Source: Trichoplax sp. H2
Lineage: Eukaryota
Direction of reading: 5' to 3'
Length of the DNA: 64,000 nucleotides
NCBI GenBank assembly: GCA_003344405.1
Contig: NOWV01000014.1
Span: 1 to 64,000 of the forward strand
The notes beneath the pieces are model-generated. The model did not search any database and was not told the DNA's origin. It saw only the letters and a program-made list of their open reading frames with translations. This document shows positions 1-13,986 of the stretch, piece by piece (position 1 is the first letter of the stretch; every line of letters begins with the position of its first letter). A program made the position numbers and the translations under genes.

Positions 1-20
1 GTACTTGAAATTTATCGTAT

Positions 21-453
21 TGTCACGGTACGAACTACCGTGAAGAAATAGCTATCTAAATTTGGTTAATATAATATAGTGATATTATATTACAACTAGT
101 TACTTACTATAGGAATTACTCTAATTATAAATGTGTTACAGTAAATTTAATGCTGTGCTGTAATGTGCACTGAAATGATTCTGTGGATGGACATTTTGTA
201 GTCCGACTGTGAAAAACTAGCTATCTCTCCTAAGTATTTTTATAAGATGACTTGTGAATGTTAGCTGCTGTAGAAGGGTATATAAGCCCGTCAGATATTT
301 GAATAAAGCAGTTCTCAATTGTATAGTAGTTTTAACGTAGAATCAAAGGCGTCTAAATTCTTGTGAGGTAGTTAAGGGATACTGAATCTCGGAGACTATA
401 GTAATTTAGAGATTTATTTTACGTTATCCTTGTCACGAAGCTGGTTTGTGACA
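21..453 (+). mobile_element. Solo-LTR-like element, family A (433 bp)
   Basis: TGTCAC...GTGACA termini; perfect 5-bp target-site duplication CGTAT (16-20 and 454-458); internal TATATAA (279-285) followed by AATAAA (302-307); a near-identical inverted copy of its first 87 bp lies at 42588-42674. Confidence 0.85.
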
Positions 454-2220
454 CGTATAATAAATAATTTATTTAGACATTCGCAATTGTTAAATTGGTC
501 TACCCCTACGCGATATTTAGAACGAAGAATGGCACTAGCAGATACTTCAGTCCACTCATTTTGTATTGGGTTATACGTATGACAATGATGACGTCTATAC
601 GAATTCCAAATATAATTTAAACATCCGTTGTAAACTGTTAATACATGAGAGTCAGGATATTCTGAAAATGGTATGCTCCAATTTAATAATTCCCACGTAT
701 CAGTGCTAGGGTTATATCTTTCAAAGCTGTCAACTTTCCCTTTATCATTCTGGCCTCCGCCTACATAAATTAAATTATCTAAAACAGCAACCACGCTATC
801 ATTTCTGGCAACATTCATCGGAGAAACATAAACCCAGTGATCACTACCACTCTCCAGATAGGCTACCTCATTAGTCGCAGTTGATGAATTTTCGTGGCTA
901 CCGCCAATAATATATAAGCGATTATCACATAGACAAGGCGATAACAGTGCAATGGGTTTAGGAAGTGGCGCCAAATCCGCGTTACTCCATCGAACTTTGC
1001 AAGTATCGAAGGCTATGATACTACGCAATATATCTACATTATCTAGAAATAGAGTAATTCATTTTATTTTCTCTAAAGACATAAAATTGATAATCATGTT
1101 ATGTCAACGTAACATTAATATTTCAAAATAACGATTAATAGACGGTAAGTATTGCCCTTAAGCGAGAGAATAGCAGTTTAAAAATATGAATAGTTCCTGC
1201 ATTTTATTTACCTTTAGTAATTCCACCAAACACAAGGATTTTATGACCTATTGCTAAGGCGCCATAACTACTTCTATTTGGTGATTCTACGTTGAAATGA
1301 GTCTCTTTGTAATCAAATGAGTTATTTTGGGTTTTTAATTTAATATCTATAATGCAATCCTTTCCTGAACTAAACCTGGATATCCATACAGATTCTCCGT
1401 CTTTGGTATAGTTTCGAAATTGGCAACGACTAGAAAAATGTCTTTCAGGTGACGATAGAAATGATTTGGCTTCAAGCAGGAGCTGAAGACAGCGTGAAGA
1501 GTTAAATATTTTTGTCTTCGGCTCAAATTCAACTAAATCTTGCACTGATATAGTAGACAAACGAATATTTTCCAATAAGTCACGAAGTGTGTCTTCTCCA
1601 CAAATGGATTCGTTACAATTATACCAAGTGTCTAGTATGTGCAACAATTCTATTTCGTGGCTAATTCTTATATCATCTGATTGTAGGCATCTCTTTAATA
1701 CTGAGATTGGAATATGCCCAATGTCACTTTGCTTTATTCTGCCAAAGTTGAGTAACAAAAATTGAAAAATTTTTTCGCTCAAGTTCGTAAAAAGATACGT
1801 ATCAGCAAAGATAGATAAGTTTACAACATTTTCGGTATTAATACTCTCGGATAAAAATGAGTAACATTTGTCAACGACATCCATAATATTAAGCATGGAT
1901 GCAGTTATTGCCAATATCTGAACATTTTTCTCAGTGATCTTCAAATCTACTCCATAAAAATAGTGAATAATGTCAGCGAAAACATCCTCGTTCAGTTCTT
2001 TTAACTCGATGATATTTTGCTGAGATTCTGCCATTTCATTTACGAACATTGCTTGAAAGTAAGAGCTAAACGATGCTAGCACGAAGCGATGGCAATGAAA
2101 TTGAGCGTCATTGATCTTGATAATAACATCGGAAAAAATTTTATCTTGAAATAATTGAAAACTCGACTGGGGTAATCTTCCTTTGATAGTTAATTCCGGC
2201 ATGATTGATGTAGAGCTCAT
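414..2220 (-). CDS. Kelch-like protein (BTB-BACK-Kelch), paralog 1; exons 2220-1212 and 1042-(~544 or 414); 3' end uncertain
   Basis: BTB motif FSDVIIKIND..FHCHRFVLASFSSYFQAMF..MAESQQ, BACK domain, kelch repeats (LYIIGG, IYVGGG, ERYNPSTDTW). A phase-1 GT-AG intron at 1211-1043 joins the two ORFs in frame (TK-D-NVDILRSII). A possible donor GAA|GTATCT near 543 means further exons may lie left of the window. Confidence 0.9.
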
Positions 2221-3995
2221 GCAATAATTATGATTATTATTTACTACTTTTGTTCGTCAGCTATGCCTAACGTACCTGGACCTAGCGATAGAACGAGAGA
2301 AATCCTTCTACCCGATGGTGATGCACCTTATATGAAAGTCCAGAAAGAACAGCACGGAATAGTATAAGCTAATTAGTAAAATATTTATCTTGAGTGTATC
2401 TGCTAGTACATTAGTGATACTTCCATAGTAATTCTTAGCAATAATACAGTTCTTGACTGATTAATAACAACCTGTCTCAACTGTATTATTAATAGGAGTT
2501 GCTAAAGGCAAAGTTAATCGTTTTGACCGGACGGATAGAAGTCGTTCTATTAAAGGTTATATGGCATCGGCATTCGTTAGTGTAAGTGTACGAATATATG
2601 TATTGTCTTAATGCATTAATTATATCTTAAGATTGATAAATGGATCAAATAAGCCAAAGTGCCATATCGGACTAATCGTGAATTACTTATGCTACTTTCC
2701 ACCTAAGTCAATTAAAATTCAACCATGACCGGTTATTATCCATAATAAATCTCAAGTACCAAAGATCAAGCTAAATACTGTTTAATAAAGTAATATTAGC
2801 AGCATGGATATATTCTTCTTGGAAATCAACTGCATTACAGTAAAAATCAGCGTTTAATAACAAAATAAATTTAATAACAAAATAAATTGACTACAATATT
2901 AGAGTAATTTATATTGTATTACGGTAGTTTTGTATATCTAAATCCGTTAATTAATTATCTTTCAATCATCGTCTGTAGAATGCTAGCATGATAACAACAG
3001 TTCGAAATATCAACCCATGCGAAAATATAGTCTCAAGAACAAATAAGCTTTACTAAACTGTAGCTAATTTAAGGTGTAATGTACCATAAAGTATCATTAA
3101 TTATCAGTAATATTTCGTATATTTATTGTGGACATAATATTAAAATCGGTTAATAAGAAGTGTGTGTGTTTAAGGAAATATCTTGACCTTATTTCGGCAC
3201 GTTTGGACCCAAGCGACCCAAGACTGCATAAAAAAATGCCATAACTATTTACATCGTTCGAATAAACTGATCTTCTAGTGCTTTTAATTATTTCGTAATG
3301 AACTGTAGAAAACAAATAATTACGCTAATAGAAGCTGTTCTAATTAATGTTGAAACCAACAATTCTTTTTGCGGGTGCTTGTAAATCAAAGTAGCTTACT
3401 TCTTTATTCATGATGCGTTCAATTGATTATTACGTAATGAGCTGTAGAAAATAATTAATTAGAAAAAAGGCAGAAATTACAACATTCGAAATACATGCAC
3501 ATTGTCATAAATTTCACTCCAGAAATCATTTACCCTTCCTCTTCTGTAATATTGTATTTAGATAGATTTTATCATTTTCTGAGGTTATGATTTTATTCTT
3601 TTACTCATGTATTTCATCCATGATCATTTCTCCATGGTTTTGATCTCAGTTCAATCAACAGGAATAAACAACGCCGAAATTTTATCAATGCAATTCGGTA
3701 ATATTATTTAATGCAATGATAAATATCTTTTGAATATCAATGTAGTGTATAAGCGATTTATGATATCAACGTTTATCGATTGATTTTTACACAGACTACC
3801 ATGGGTACTGCATACAGATTTATCTTGATTCTTAAAATATCAGTAATCTATTATCGTGCGAGAGTAATTGTCTCAAGGATGAATAGAACATCGTTTAAGA
3901 AGAACCTAATTTAAAGTTTAACGTAATAATATCTGCCTTTAAAATTAAATGAACTTAAAATAGGTACAATATACGCTACAGAGTTTATCATAAGT

Positions 3996-4320
3996 TTACT
4001 TTAAATTCATTGGTTTAATTTCGAAAACGACAACGACTAGAAAATGCTTTTCAGGTAATGAAGCAAAAGATATAGCTTCTTGCACGTACTGAGCACAAGG
4101 AGAAATATTAAAAAGTTTAGTCTTAGACTTATGTGCAGTTAGTTCCAGCACTGGCATAATAGACAAACGAATATTTTTCAGCAGATCTTCAACTGTGTCA
4201 TCTGTGCAAGTGGATTCATTATAATTATACCAAATATCTAGTATATGCAACGATTCTATTTCGTGATTAATGTTTAAATCATCTGATTGTAGACATTTCT
4301 TTAGTACTGAAAATGGAATT
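3996..4320 (-). pseudogene. Truncated, frameshifted BACK-domain remnant of the Kelch-like family
   Basis: Aligns by eye to paralog 1 at ~1410-1712 (HILDIWYNYNES..LLKNIRLS vs HILDTWYNCNES..LLENIRLS). A 1-bp deletion in the PE(R/K)HFSS codons (gaaaatg vs gaaaaatg) is followed by TAA where paralog 1 has Tyr. No BTB sequence is seen upstream. Confidence 0.85.
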
Positions 4321-7120
4321 CACTGCACTGAATACAAGAATGTTAAACGAGGTGTATAAATTGATGTTTGTAATCATAGCTCGATCAATAATGTCTAATG
4401 TCATTATTTCAGGACTTGATCTTTGAAGTTGCAATTGATATAAACCGAAAATTAGCAAGTTTATTCATAATAATTATAATAAAATTTAACAAGACCTATG
4501 TAACATTACACGAGAGCGATCATGGTATTGCCTGATCATTGTAGTCATCTCTAAAATGGAACTTTTAGGCAGAAATAAATAATTCCTTTCTAATCGATAT
4601 AATTGAAATACTACAGTAGTATGTGATTTTGAAATTACTTTGATGATAGTACGACTGTATCATGCTGTTCATTTATGTAGAGTAAAAAGCATCAACTAAA
4701 CTGTCATTATAAAAAACTATTAAAACAGTATACAGTATTTCAGTCTACTGTACTGCTATTATGAGAAAGTGCTATAGAACGATGAGAAATTGTTCAGTAT
4801 ACGAACAGTAGGTATAGATATCGATAGCTCAATGATGCACAGTGGTCGACCTATACACATATAGTAGGATTAACTAAATACCGTAGTATGAAAGTGTAAT
4901 AATTTAGCTTTATTTTGCTAAGATACACTAAGGTTGGTGACACTTTGAACCAAGATAGAGTTAGGTTCTAATTGTTGATTATATCTGTTTTAGGGTACCA
5001 TTATGCCACTAATCGTCGACATTATACAGTCTCAATTAAGGCATAGTCATAAATATGTCAAATCGTTCTTATTATTAAAGTATTATGAAGTACATATCCC
5101 AATTGGCATCATCAGTATCGAAAGAAGATAAAATAATAAAGGTTCATATACATAAGGCTTTAAAATTATTATCCACAGACGCTACAGCTAAAACTAGTAA
5201 AGGATTATTTTAGCAATCTACAATAAGTAAACTATGGTCCAATATTTTGTACTCCTACATTGCTATCTTTATAACGCAATTTAAAACTTGTTAAAGAAAA
5301 TATGCAGCTATGTCACAAAACAGCTTTGCAACAAGATAACGCAATATACGATCAATAAGTCAATTCCTTGAACCACGTATCAAGGAACGATATCTGCACT
5401 ATCACAAACACTTTTGCTCTACTAGCAGACTACACAAAGACTTAAACGCCTCGTATTTTACGTTAAACACTAAGTTGGACAATTCTTCTTTATTTCACGA
5501 TATACTGCATTTATATACTATTCCTCAATAGTTCATGAGTCATAGTTAATACAATTAACATTAGAATCATTTACTGAATTAGATATTAATTTTAGCTACT
5601 GCTCCCTTAATGCAGACAACAGTATTTATGAACATAGACATATAATGACTAATACAGAATAGTCAGATTACGATATGTCCTATCACGGAACATTTCCATG
5701 ATAATTTACAGTCTACCATAAGTAAATTACAATCACAATGATTCGAACTGTAAGCAGATGATTTGCATTCCCTATTATAACTATTAATTTCAGTATGTGT
5801 ATAAGTGTCACTGTCATAAAAAGTCAGTGCTATATTAAAATACAGTATATCCAAATTAGAAGTTAACTAAATAAGGATAGTCTAACAGAATTATCCTAAC
5901 ATAGTTATTTCTACTGTAATACAGTATTTAACACTGTAACAAGCTAATACTAAAGATTAGTGCCTAAATTTTGAATTGCAAATCTAGGTGGACCATTCTC
6001 GTATTTCATTACTATTATATGGATTGGTTTTAGAGATCGTAGATATGAAGATTAGCTTCATGCAAATATTACTCGTATCTTTACAAATATCTTTATTAAG
6101 TAAAATAAAATCGGTCTTGCATGGTAGAATATCTTTGGTGGATCTTAAGTAGAGACTCTGCTAATACATCAATTACAAGACACTAGCGCTCTAAGATAGA
6201 ATATATATTTGTTATTAGAGTATGATTATTATTACTGAGCAAGGACCTGAAGTCACACCGTATGCAATCAAATACAAAGACTGGCAGAATATTATGTACA
6301 GTTATTAATAATAACAGTTTAAAGTTGTGAATGAATTACTAAGTTGTAGTTGACTCATGTTTAATAATGTAGTATGCCATCGTTTTCTTCAAGATATTAT
6401 GAAACGACGGCGAATTTTTTAAAGCATTTCGGTTATATATCTTCGGATAGATATAACATGCGACGTATTTACGTCCGTTATAATATACCACTTCATTTTT
6501 GTTCAATGCTAAAGAAATTGGTATCGATTACGTAATATAGAATATGTATTATTTTTGCTTAAATAAGTAATAGAAGTTTAATTGCTTAAATCTATGATAT
6601 ATAGCTCTTAAAGTAAATTAGCATCAAGAAAATAAAAATATATTAATAATGTTGATAAAATACTACAATCAATAAACCTATAGAGGATGATTTTTACCAT
6701 GATACGAGTTCTATTATGCAGTGATAAAATATAAATTATCTTAATGGAAAGCGCTAAGGATGCTAAGACTGTAATAACAAAGCTCAGTAGCATGATTGTA
6801 GAATAATGGAGCTGATTATGCTATGGTTAAAATAAATACAGCTTTTATATGTTCTATTTTAGTTTATCTTCTGACGTTACGTTATTTTTAATGCTTCTGC
6901 TAATGATCCTAAAAATGATTTCTCCTTGTATTAACCTTTAGAATATTCTTCCATATTCCTTCCTACGTTATAGCATCTTCCAGAGTTATTTTGCCACTTA
7001 ATGCAATTTTGTGATCTCTCTTGTCCTATTTATAGCTATCTGCAGCTAATAGATAGAGTGACATTATCACGAAGACCTATAGCTTCCTCTATAGCGATAG
7101 CTAATCCAGTAACTGATATT

Positions 7121-8930
7121 TCAACATGGTGGTAACTGAAATGTCCTAACATCATCATTAGTGGAGCGTATGCAACCGCCCGAAACCCAACAATCGAACA
7201 AATTGCCGGTAAATGTTAAGTCAAATCGAACCTTCTCCCATGTATCTTCATCAGCGTTGTAGCGCTCACAGCAATTACCACGCTCATTATATCCGTACAA
7301 ATAGATATACCCCTTGAAGATAATTAATCGATTTGTCTGATAATATTCGTTTGTATTAGCAACTGATGTCCACTCGTCATTTCTTGGATCATACCTCTCA
7401 GCGGTTTTTAGCTTAATACCAGATTGATCTTTACCTCCCACAACGTAAATAAAATTACCCAAGGCAATCATTTCGCAATGGCATCTTGATGTTATCATGG
7501 GTGCTGCAGATAACCACTGATTGGATTTGCAATACCAATATGCAACCTGATTTGTAGCTGCCTTGCCTCCGTTTTCGGTGCTAATTTCGCCACCGGCAAT
7601 GTACAATCTGTCATCATATTGGCAAATACTTAACGCTGCAATTGGCTGTGGAAGATCAGGTATATTTGATTTGCTCCAACATTTCTTATAGCAATCGAAA
7701 CAAATTGTACTGGACAAGGCTTCCCGGGTAAAACCTAATGAAGATAAAGGGTAAGGTATATGATCAGAAAGATACCAGTGACATGGTAAGGCAAAGACTA
7801 TGCCAATAGTTATGAATTTTTGCTAATGTAATCCCAACTTATAAATTGGATATCTTAGTTAAAATTGTTTTTTAAGCTAATGTGATCCCTATTAGTAAAT
7901 TGGATTTCTTTGTCAAAATTACATTTTAAGCTAGTGAATTTGAAATCTTACTTGATCCATAACCTCCGACCGCATAGATCTTATGGCCTATCGCGATAGC
8001 TGCATAACTACTACGACGGGAAGCTTGAATTGCACCTCCAGCATCATGATTATAATAACTATCTAACTTAACCGAGATGGCTCTTGTTCCTCCACCACCA
8101 ATGGCAGCACAAATATTGCTATCCGCACATTGGCGTACTTTGGTTCGTGATGAGAAAAATCGCTCGGGTAAATAATGGAAATTTTTCGCTTCCAGAAGCA
8201 TTTGAAAACAGGGTAGACTTTCTTTTAACAATGTTTCTTTCTCTTCGAAATCAATTAATTGCTCGACTGGGATCATTGCTAGGCGTACATGGCTAAGCAA
8301 ATCAACCAGATGATCTTTCCTAATGGATGGATCCAGTTCGACCCATTTCTTCAATGTATTCAGTACTGTCAGTTCATTTTTAACAGCTAATCGTTCTGAA
8401 GGTAAAATTTTATTAAGCAAAGGGTAAGGTATCTCATAAAAGGTATCATAGCCGGTGCATTTCTCAAAATAGTCCAAAATGTAATTATTTGCAATTTGGG
8501 TTAATGGATTAAAGTTATAAAGCTCAGCAAAGATTAATATTTGCACGCAATTGGTGTAGCTTAAACTATCGGCCAGGAATGTACAGCAGTAATCGACGAT
8601 TTCGGATACGTTGAACATAGATGATGTGATGGCGATATTTTGTACGTTTTCACTAGTAATTTTTAGACTTCCACCGTAGAAATAATCGATAATGCTAGTC
8701 ATGGTTTTACCATCAACATGTCTTAGCTCAATCTTGCGTTGTTGTGATTCTGCCATGCCATTTGTAAACATAGCACGAAAGTAATCGCTAAAAGCAGCCA
8801 GGATGAATCGATGGCAATGCAATACGGTATCATTAGTGTGGATTGTAACATCAGAGAAGGTGCCTTCTGCGTATAATTCCAAAAAGGCTGAAGGAATTTT
8901 AGCTTGAATGATTACTTCACCGTCTTCCAT
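7121..8930 (-). CDS. Kelch-like protein (BTB-BACK-Kelch), paralog 2; exons 8930-7952 and 7734-(~7232 or 7121)
   Basis: BTB (FSDVTIH..LHCHRFILAAFSDYFRAMFTNGMAESQQ), BACK, kelch repeats (IYAVGG, LYIAGG, IYVVGG, AERYDPRNDEW). The phase-1 intron 7951-7735 is at the same position as in paralog 1. The terminal exon structure is uncertain. Confidence 0.9.
7822..7936. repeat. Degenerate 54-bp tandem duplication inside the Kelch paralog 2 intron
   Basis: GCTAATGT(A/G)ATCCC...TAAATTGGAT...AAAATT at 7822 and 7876; partial third start GCTAGTG at 7930. Confidence 0.7.
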
Positions 8931-11900
8931 GGCGTCAGAATTGGTTCCAATTTGGATGAGAGTAATCGATTCTCGATGTACAGTATATCGACGACTTCCA
9001 GACTATATCTATTTGCAAACAAAATTGAATGCATAATTATTGATTTTATTAGATGGAAAGCGAAATGATGAGATAATACTAGGGGTAATTAGTTTAATAA
9101 ATGATCGAGAAGCAAAATCATTCCGGTAAACGAGCTCGTATTATATTGGTACCTTGCTCGCATAAATATCTCTACTTACAGTCTTTCTCGCATGTCTATA
9201 TTAGCTATTCTGTTCAATAATGTATCCTATCGTTGTCAACCCAGCTTTTAAGGTAAAATTAAAGTTATCTATCTTATATTGAACTTATCCTCTTCAATAT
9301 TTACAGCACCCCGAGTTACCTGAAAGCCATAATCACAGGATTACAGTACACAATGAAATCTAAACCCAGCAAATACTAAGTTACCAGCATGTTTTCCATC
9401 GAAAGCAGGGAACTTTCGTATAAAATGTCACTTGTGACAGTTATTTAATATCTTTATCATTTACAATCATTTATTTTAAGTATTAGGTTTATACCATACT
9501 ATACTACTTTCTATAAGCGTACTCTTCAATTCTAATTCATTTTAACAAGTGCAAATACAGTAATAGTATTTTATTTTGTATTTTAATTGCTGCTATTAGT
9601 ATTATGTGCCCAAATTGTCTTTACGATATTATGTAATGCTTATACTCGTATCAAGATATCCGGCTGTCTGGTAGAATAAATCAAAGTTAAGAGACTTGCG
9701 AAAATTATTTAATAATAGTGTGTTTTGTAGATACTATTTATGTTGATAACTAAGATTACGCCCAAATTTAATATCTTGTATTTTCGTAACGTAGACGAAA
9801 ATAGCAGAAAAGATTAATCTAATACCTACTAACCACAATTATTTACTGACAAATTGCGTTATCAAAGGGTCGAGCGTATGACTCATTTAAATCTAGCACT
9901 CTAGACTTGTTTCTAAGGAGACATACCACCACATCGTTAAACCTATGGCGTAATATAGCTAGCGATTTATAGAAGAGAGGATATAACGGACCATTACAGT
10001 TATTGAAAATATGAGCGGTATCTGAAAGCTATTTCATGATATAAGAATATGAAGTTTTAAGGTATGTAATACATAAATCAATCATAGAAGCGTTCAGATT
10101 ACAAAAGCGATTGATAAATGTCTATTTTCTGCGTAGCATTGTAGAATCAGGCTGTGTTGAAGATGCTGTAACTAAAATTTAGTTTACCCAGCTTGGTAAA
10201 TTTTGTACGATTAATAGCTTGTGATAAGTATCTCTGTCGCTATATCGAATATTTTGCTTTAGATAGACCAGATAATGAAGTGATTTTATACTTGTCTACG
10301 GTTTGATAGCGTAAACCCTTAATGAAACCTTAAATGCAGCACAAACTGTTTAATCGTAGCTGACTGCTTTAAGTCATGTGAATGTTACAATGTGACATTA
10401 CAATTAAATAAAGAATTTAAAGTATTTTTTCTGGTTTAAACCGTCTGTTTGACTCTTAAGATATTAGTAATACTAGGGCAAAAAAATATTAGAATTAGCA
10501 ACGATAAATTGTCCATAATAAAGCAAAAGGGCCTTTTTAAAAGATATCGTTCATATAAACTTTAAATCGTAGCCTGTTGGTAATTACATTCAAGGTGTGG
10601 ATTAATAGCAACATTAAACCTAAGTTTTAAGAATGTTACGATGCCAGCAATTTGATTACGTTCTAAGAATAAAGCTAGGGAGCAAGTCTAAATTAAATTT
10701 ATAATACACTAGACTATCTTGATGATCATGGGACGGCAACAAAATGTATATTATCCCCAAGGATATATATAACATAAGGTATAATTATTCTAAGATTTTG
10801 TTCGTCGTCGCTATTGTAATCAGACTGCAAAATTCTTACTTTGTTGTGTCCCAACGTAATATTAAATTTATTCGACAACAGATATTTGTAAATCTAACCT
10901 CTTACTTGCATCTAATTACATTTTACTTTAATATTTAATTTAATAGACGTCACAACGTTATAAATTAATTAGTAAAAGTTTGCTATCGTTATGATTATAA
11001 TAATTTAGAAGGATAAGAACAGATATACTATTAGACATACCTTGGACGAAACGGAGATAAAATTGTAAGCTATGATGATATTTGAGATCGACGAATTTGA
11101 ATACTGAGTTGTTGACTATTTAATAATTACGATATATACTCTATCCTAGCTACGAATGATGTAAAAAATAAAAATTAATCTCTAATGATTAAACAACAAG
11201 AAAAGCTTACTGATTATGATTCGTAATCTAATGTAACAATAAAATCAATACAATTTATTGGCTACTATTTCTGAATGAAGGAATTGTTTCCATCAATTTT
11301 AATTGATCGTTATTATTCTCTTTTTCTTATTCATTGTTTTCATCATTTATTAATTAGATTGCTTTGAAAGCAATTCTGATTTTGCTTTATTTTATCATCA
11401 TTATTTTACAATACTATATAATATATAATGTTTCTATCAATAGTGAGCGTAGATAGATTGCAAGTTTTACCAATCCAATTTAGCACTGCCCTGTCTGTCT
11501 TTGATAGCAGTATAATATAGCAGTGTTAGACTAGTTTCACTCATAAATATGATTTTCATCTTTTATGATGATATCTAATATCGATAATTTAGATGTTACA
11601 TACTTATAATTTTAGGAGGTGTATTTTATTTTAACTTCATGCAATTATTATGATTTTATTCATATCTTTCTATTTATAAGATTGATCATGCTTGTATCAA
11701 ATTAAAGTAGTAAAATGGATAGAATAGAAAGACCTGCATCATTAATCGTCAATAAGAACTTTCTAAACAAGAATTGAAAGAGTGGAATGTCTACGTGGAA
11801 CAGGCAGTTAAAAATGAAGCCACTTTATTGATAAACATATTTGTCGTTATTCTACTTAAGTATGTGATTTCACAGGCTATAACAGTAATAACAAGATTTT

Positions 11901-13986
11901 GTCTCTAAGGCACTTATTGAATCATGAATGTCTAAAAACAAGTTATCACCTTCATCTGAACAAAGAATTTGAAATATCGAACGTGACTTATTGTAGTGAA
12001 TGATCGATTACTAAATAGTATTTGACTGTAATTAATCATTTTTTTTATGTACGAGTATATTTTTTCTCTAGTATTCTGTCAAATTTACAATAACATGACT
12101 ACAAGTACATTCAGATATTAAAAAGGAAATAAGTGTGTATTAAGAGGATCAATGAAATATGATTAAGTGATCGAAATATAACATAAAATTCCCTTAAAAT
12201 TTTGCGATTCCATGAAATTCTTTCATCAGAAGTTGGTTTATTTATATTCAATTTGTGAAGACTGAAATTAGTGCAACATTACTGCTATTCCACAAAGAAT
12301 TTACTAACAGTTATAAAGTTGATCATACTGAGACTATTTCATTTCAATTAATGCTGAATACAGTTAAAATCATATATACCAGTAGTACATGCTATTATTC
12401 CATAAAAATTTAATATCGAATATTATTTATTAATTCGAATAATATTGTTATCAAATCACGCTATGAGTTATAGTAAAATAGTCCTAACTATGTAATATAT
12501 GCAAATATATTTAATATATTTAATGTACAGCGGGGTATGCGGATTCGGCAGGTTAATACTTAAAAATGTCGCCGCAAGACAATAACCGTGATAGACTTGA
12601 AGTATTTCATAACTAAAGTGGTATCGTACATAAAATGAAATGAATTTTAATGAGATATCCGAAAATTAAATCTTTAGTCTGTACCAATATAAAACGCCAG
12701 CAGAAGTTTCTTTCAATGACAGATGCTATGTGCAAGTTGCTAGTAAGACAGCGACACAACCCTGTACTCACCTTTAGCTGTTGCGAATCCATTTAACCAG
12801 TTAATTCCTACTTATCTATTATAAATGAATAGCCTAAACCGTTTCCTGTATTGCAAACATATACAAATCTATCTAAGACGGTGTCACTTTTATTAAAGTA
12901 TTATTTATTTCGCAAGCATAAGTTCACATATCATCAAAGCCTACTTGCACACTAAAATGCTATATCGTACATAACAAACTGGATTGCTATAAAATCACCA
13001 AAGAATTTACAACTTCTCTTTACAAAGTTATTACAACTAATATAGTTGCAGTAACAAAGACTATGAGCAGCGCTAAAACAAAGTGTCAGTACGAATTATA
13101 GAGGTTACTACAAATTTTACTTTTATGGATATGATCAGCCAATAATTTAATTTATACTTTTACGATTATAATTTCAGATTTCAGACGGCAGTCTTGACAT
13201 TTTAATCTCTAAATAGTAATTATTATTACAATCTTATGGCTTGTTTATACTATAATAAAACGATCTAATTACGAACTATTGCAACTTCAGAGTTATTAAG
13301 AGTTTCCTCGTGCAAACGATGTAGTTTATTAGATACAATCAAGATTCCTTGGCTAAATAATAATAGTAGAATCAACTTTAATGTGCCAACGGCCACTTAA
13401 GTATACAAGATAACAGTAAAATGTGGATATAATATTTATTTTGAATGTGTATTTTAATAAATGCTGTTGACTTTAAAAATTTATTTGTCTTACGCATATT
13501 TTAAGTTATTCGAGATACTCAAAAGTTTTCTGGAAAAAAATACTTGTTGCAGTGGAGATAATAAGGTGTTACCCCAAATATCAATTCATATCAGATATAC
13601 GAATATTTTCAAGATTAGCACAGTTGGTAGCATAACTCAACCGCAATGTGCTATAATAAACCATCATAGGTTGATAATAAAGTAACGCACAATTGGTGAA
13701 AGCAGAGTGTCTGAAATCCCTTAGTATTGATTCATATCAAAAGCTGTGTAAAGTTCGTAATGATTCTAGTATATGCATAAGATATACTTTGTTCACGATC
13801 TATAAGAAAGTAAATTTATATACAGTACTGGTATGATTTCAATGTTTAAAATCTCAGGAAATTAGAGGACTAGCAGTAATATCACAATTCACTTTGGATT
13901 AGTACAAAGTCTTTGATTATAATCAGAGCAATCGCTCACAATCCAAATGGCAATCAACATTATCACGTCCCATTTATAGTTTGCAT

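Noticed and set aside
2854-2887. 17-bp direct repeat (and a 12-bp repeat near 56405)
   Set aside because: Ordinary slippage duplications in AT-rich DNA.
5663-5854. 63-aa ORF as a possible further Kelch exon
   Set aside because: No kelch GG/Y/W pattern and no supporting splice phase identified.
8931-13986. 5 kb interval searched for a hidden gene or RNA gene
   Set aside because: No convincing exon chain, tRNA or snRNA signature seen.
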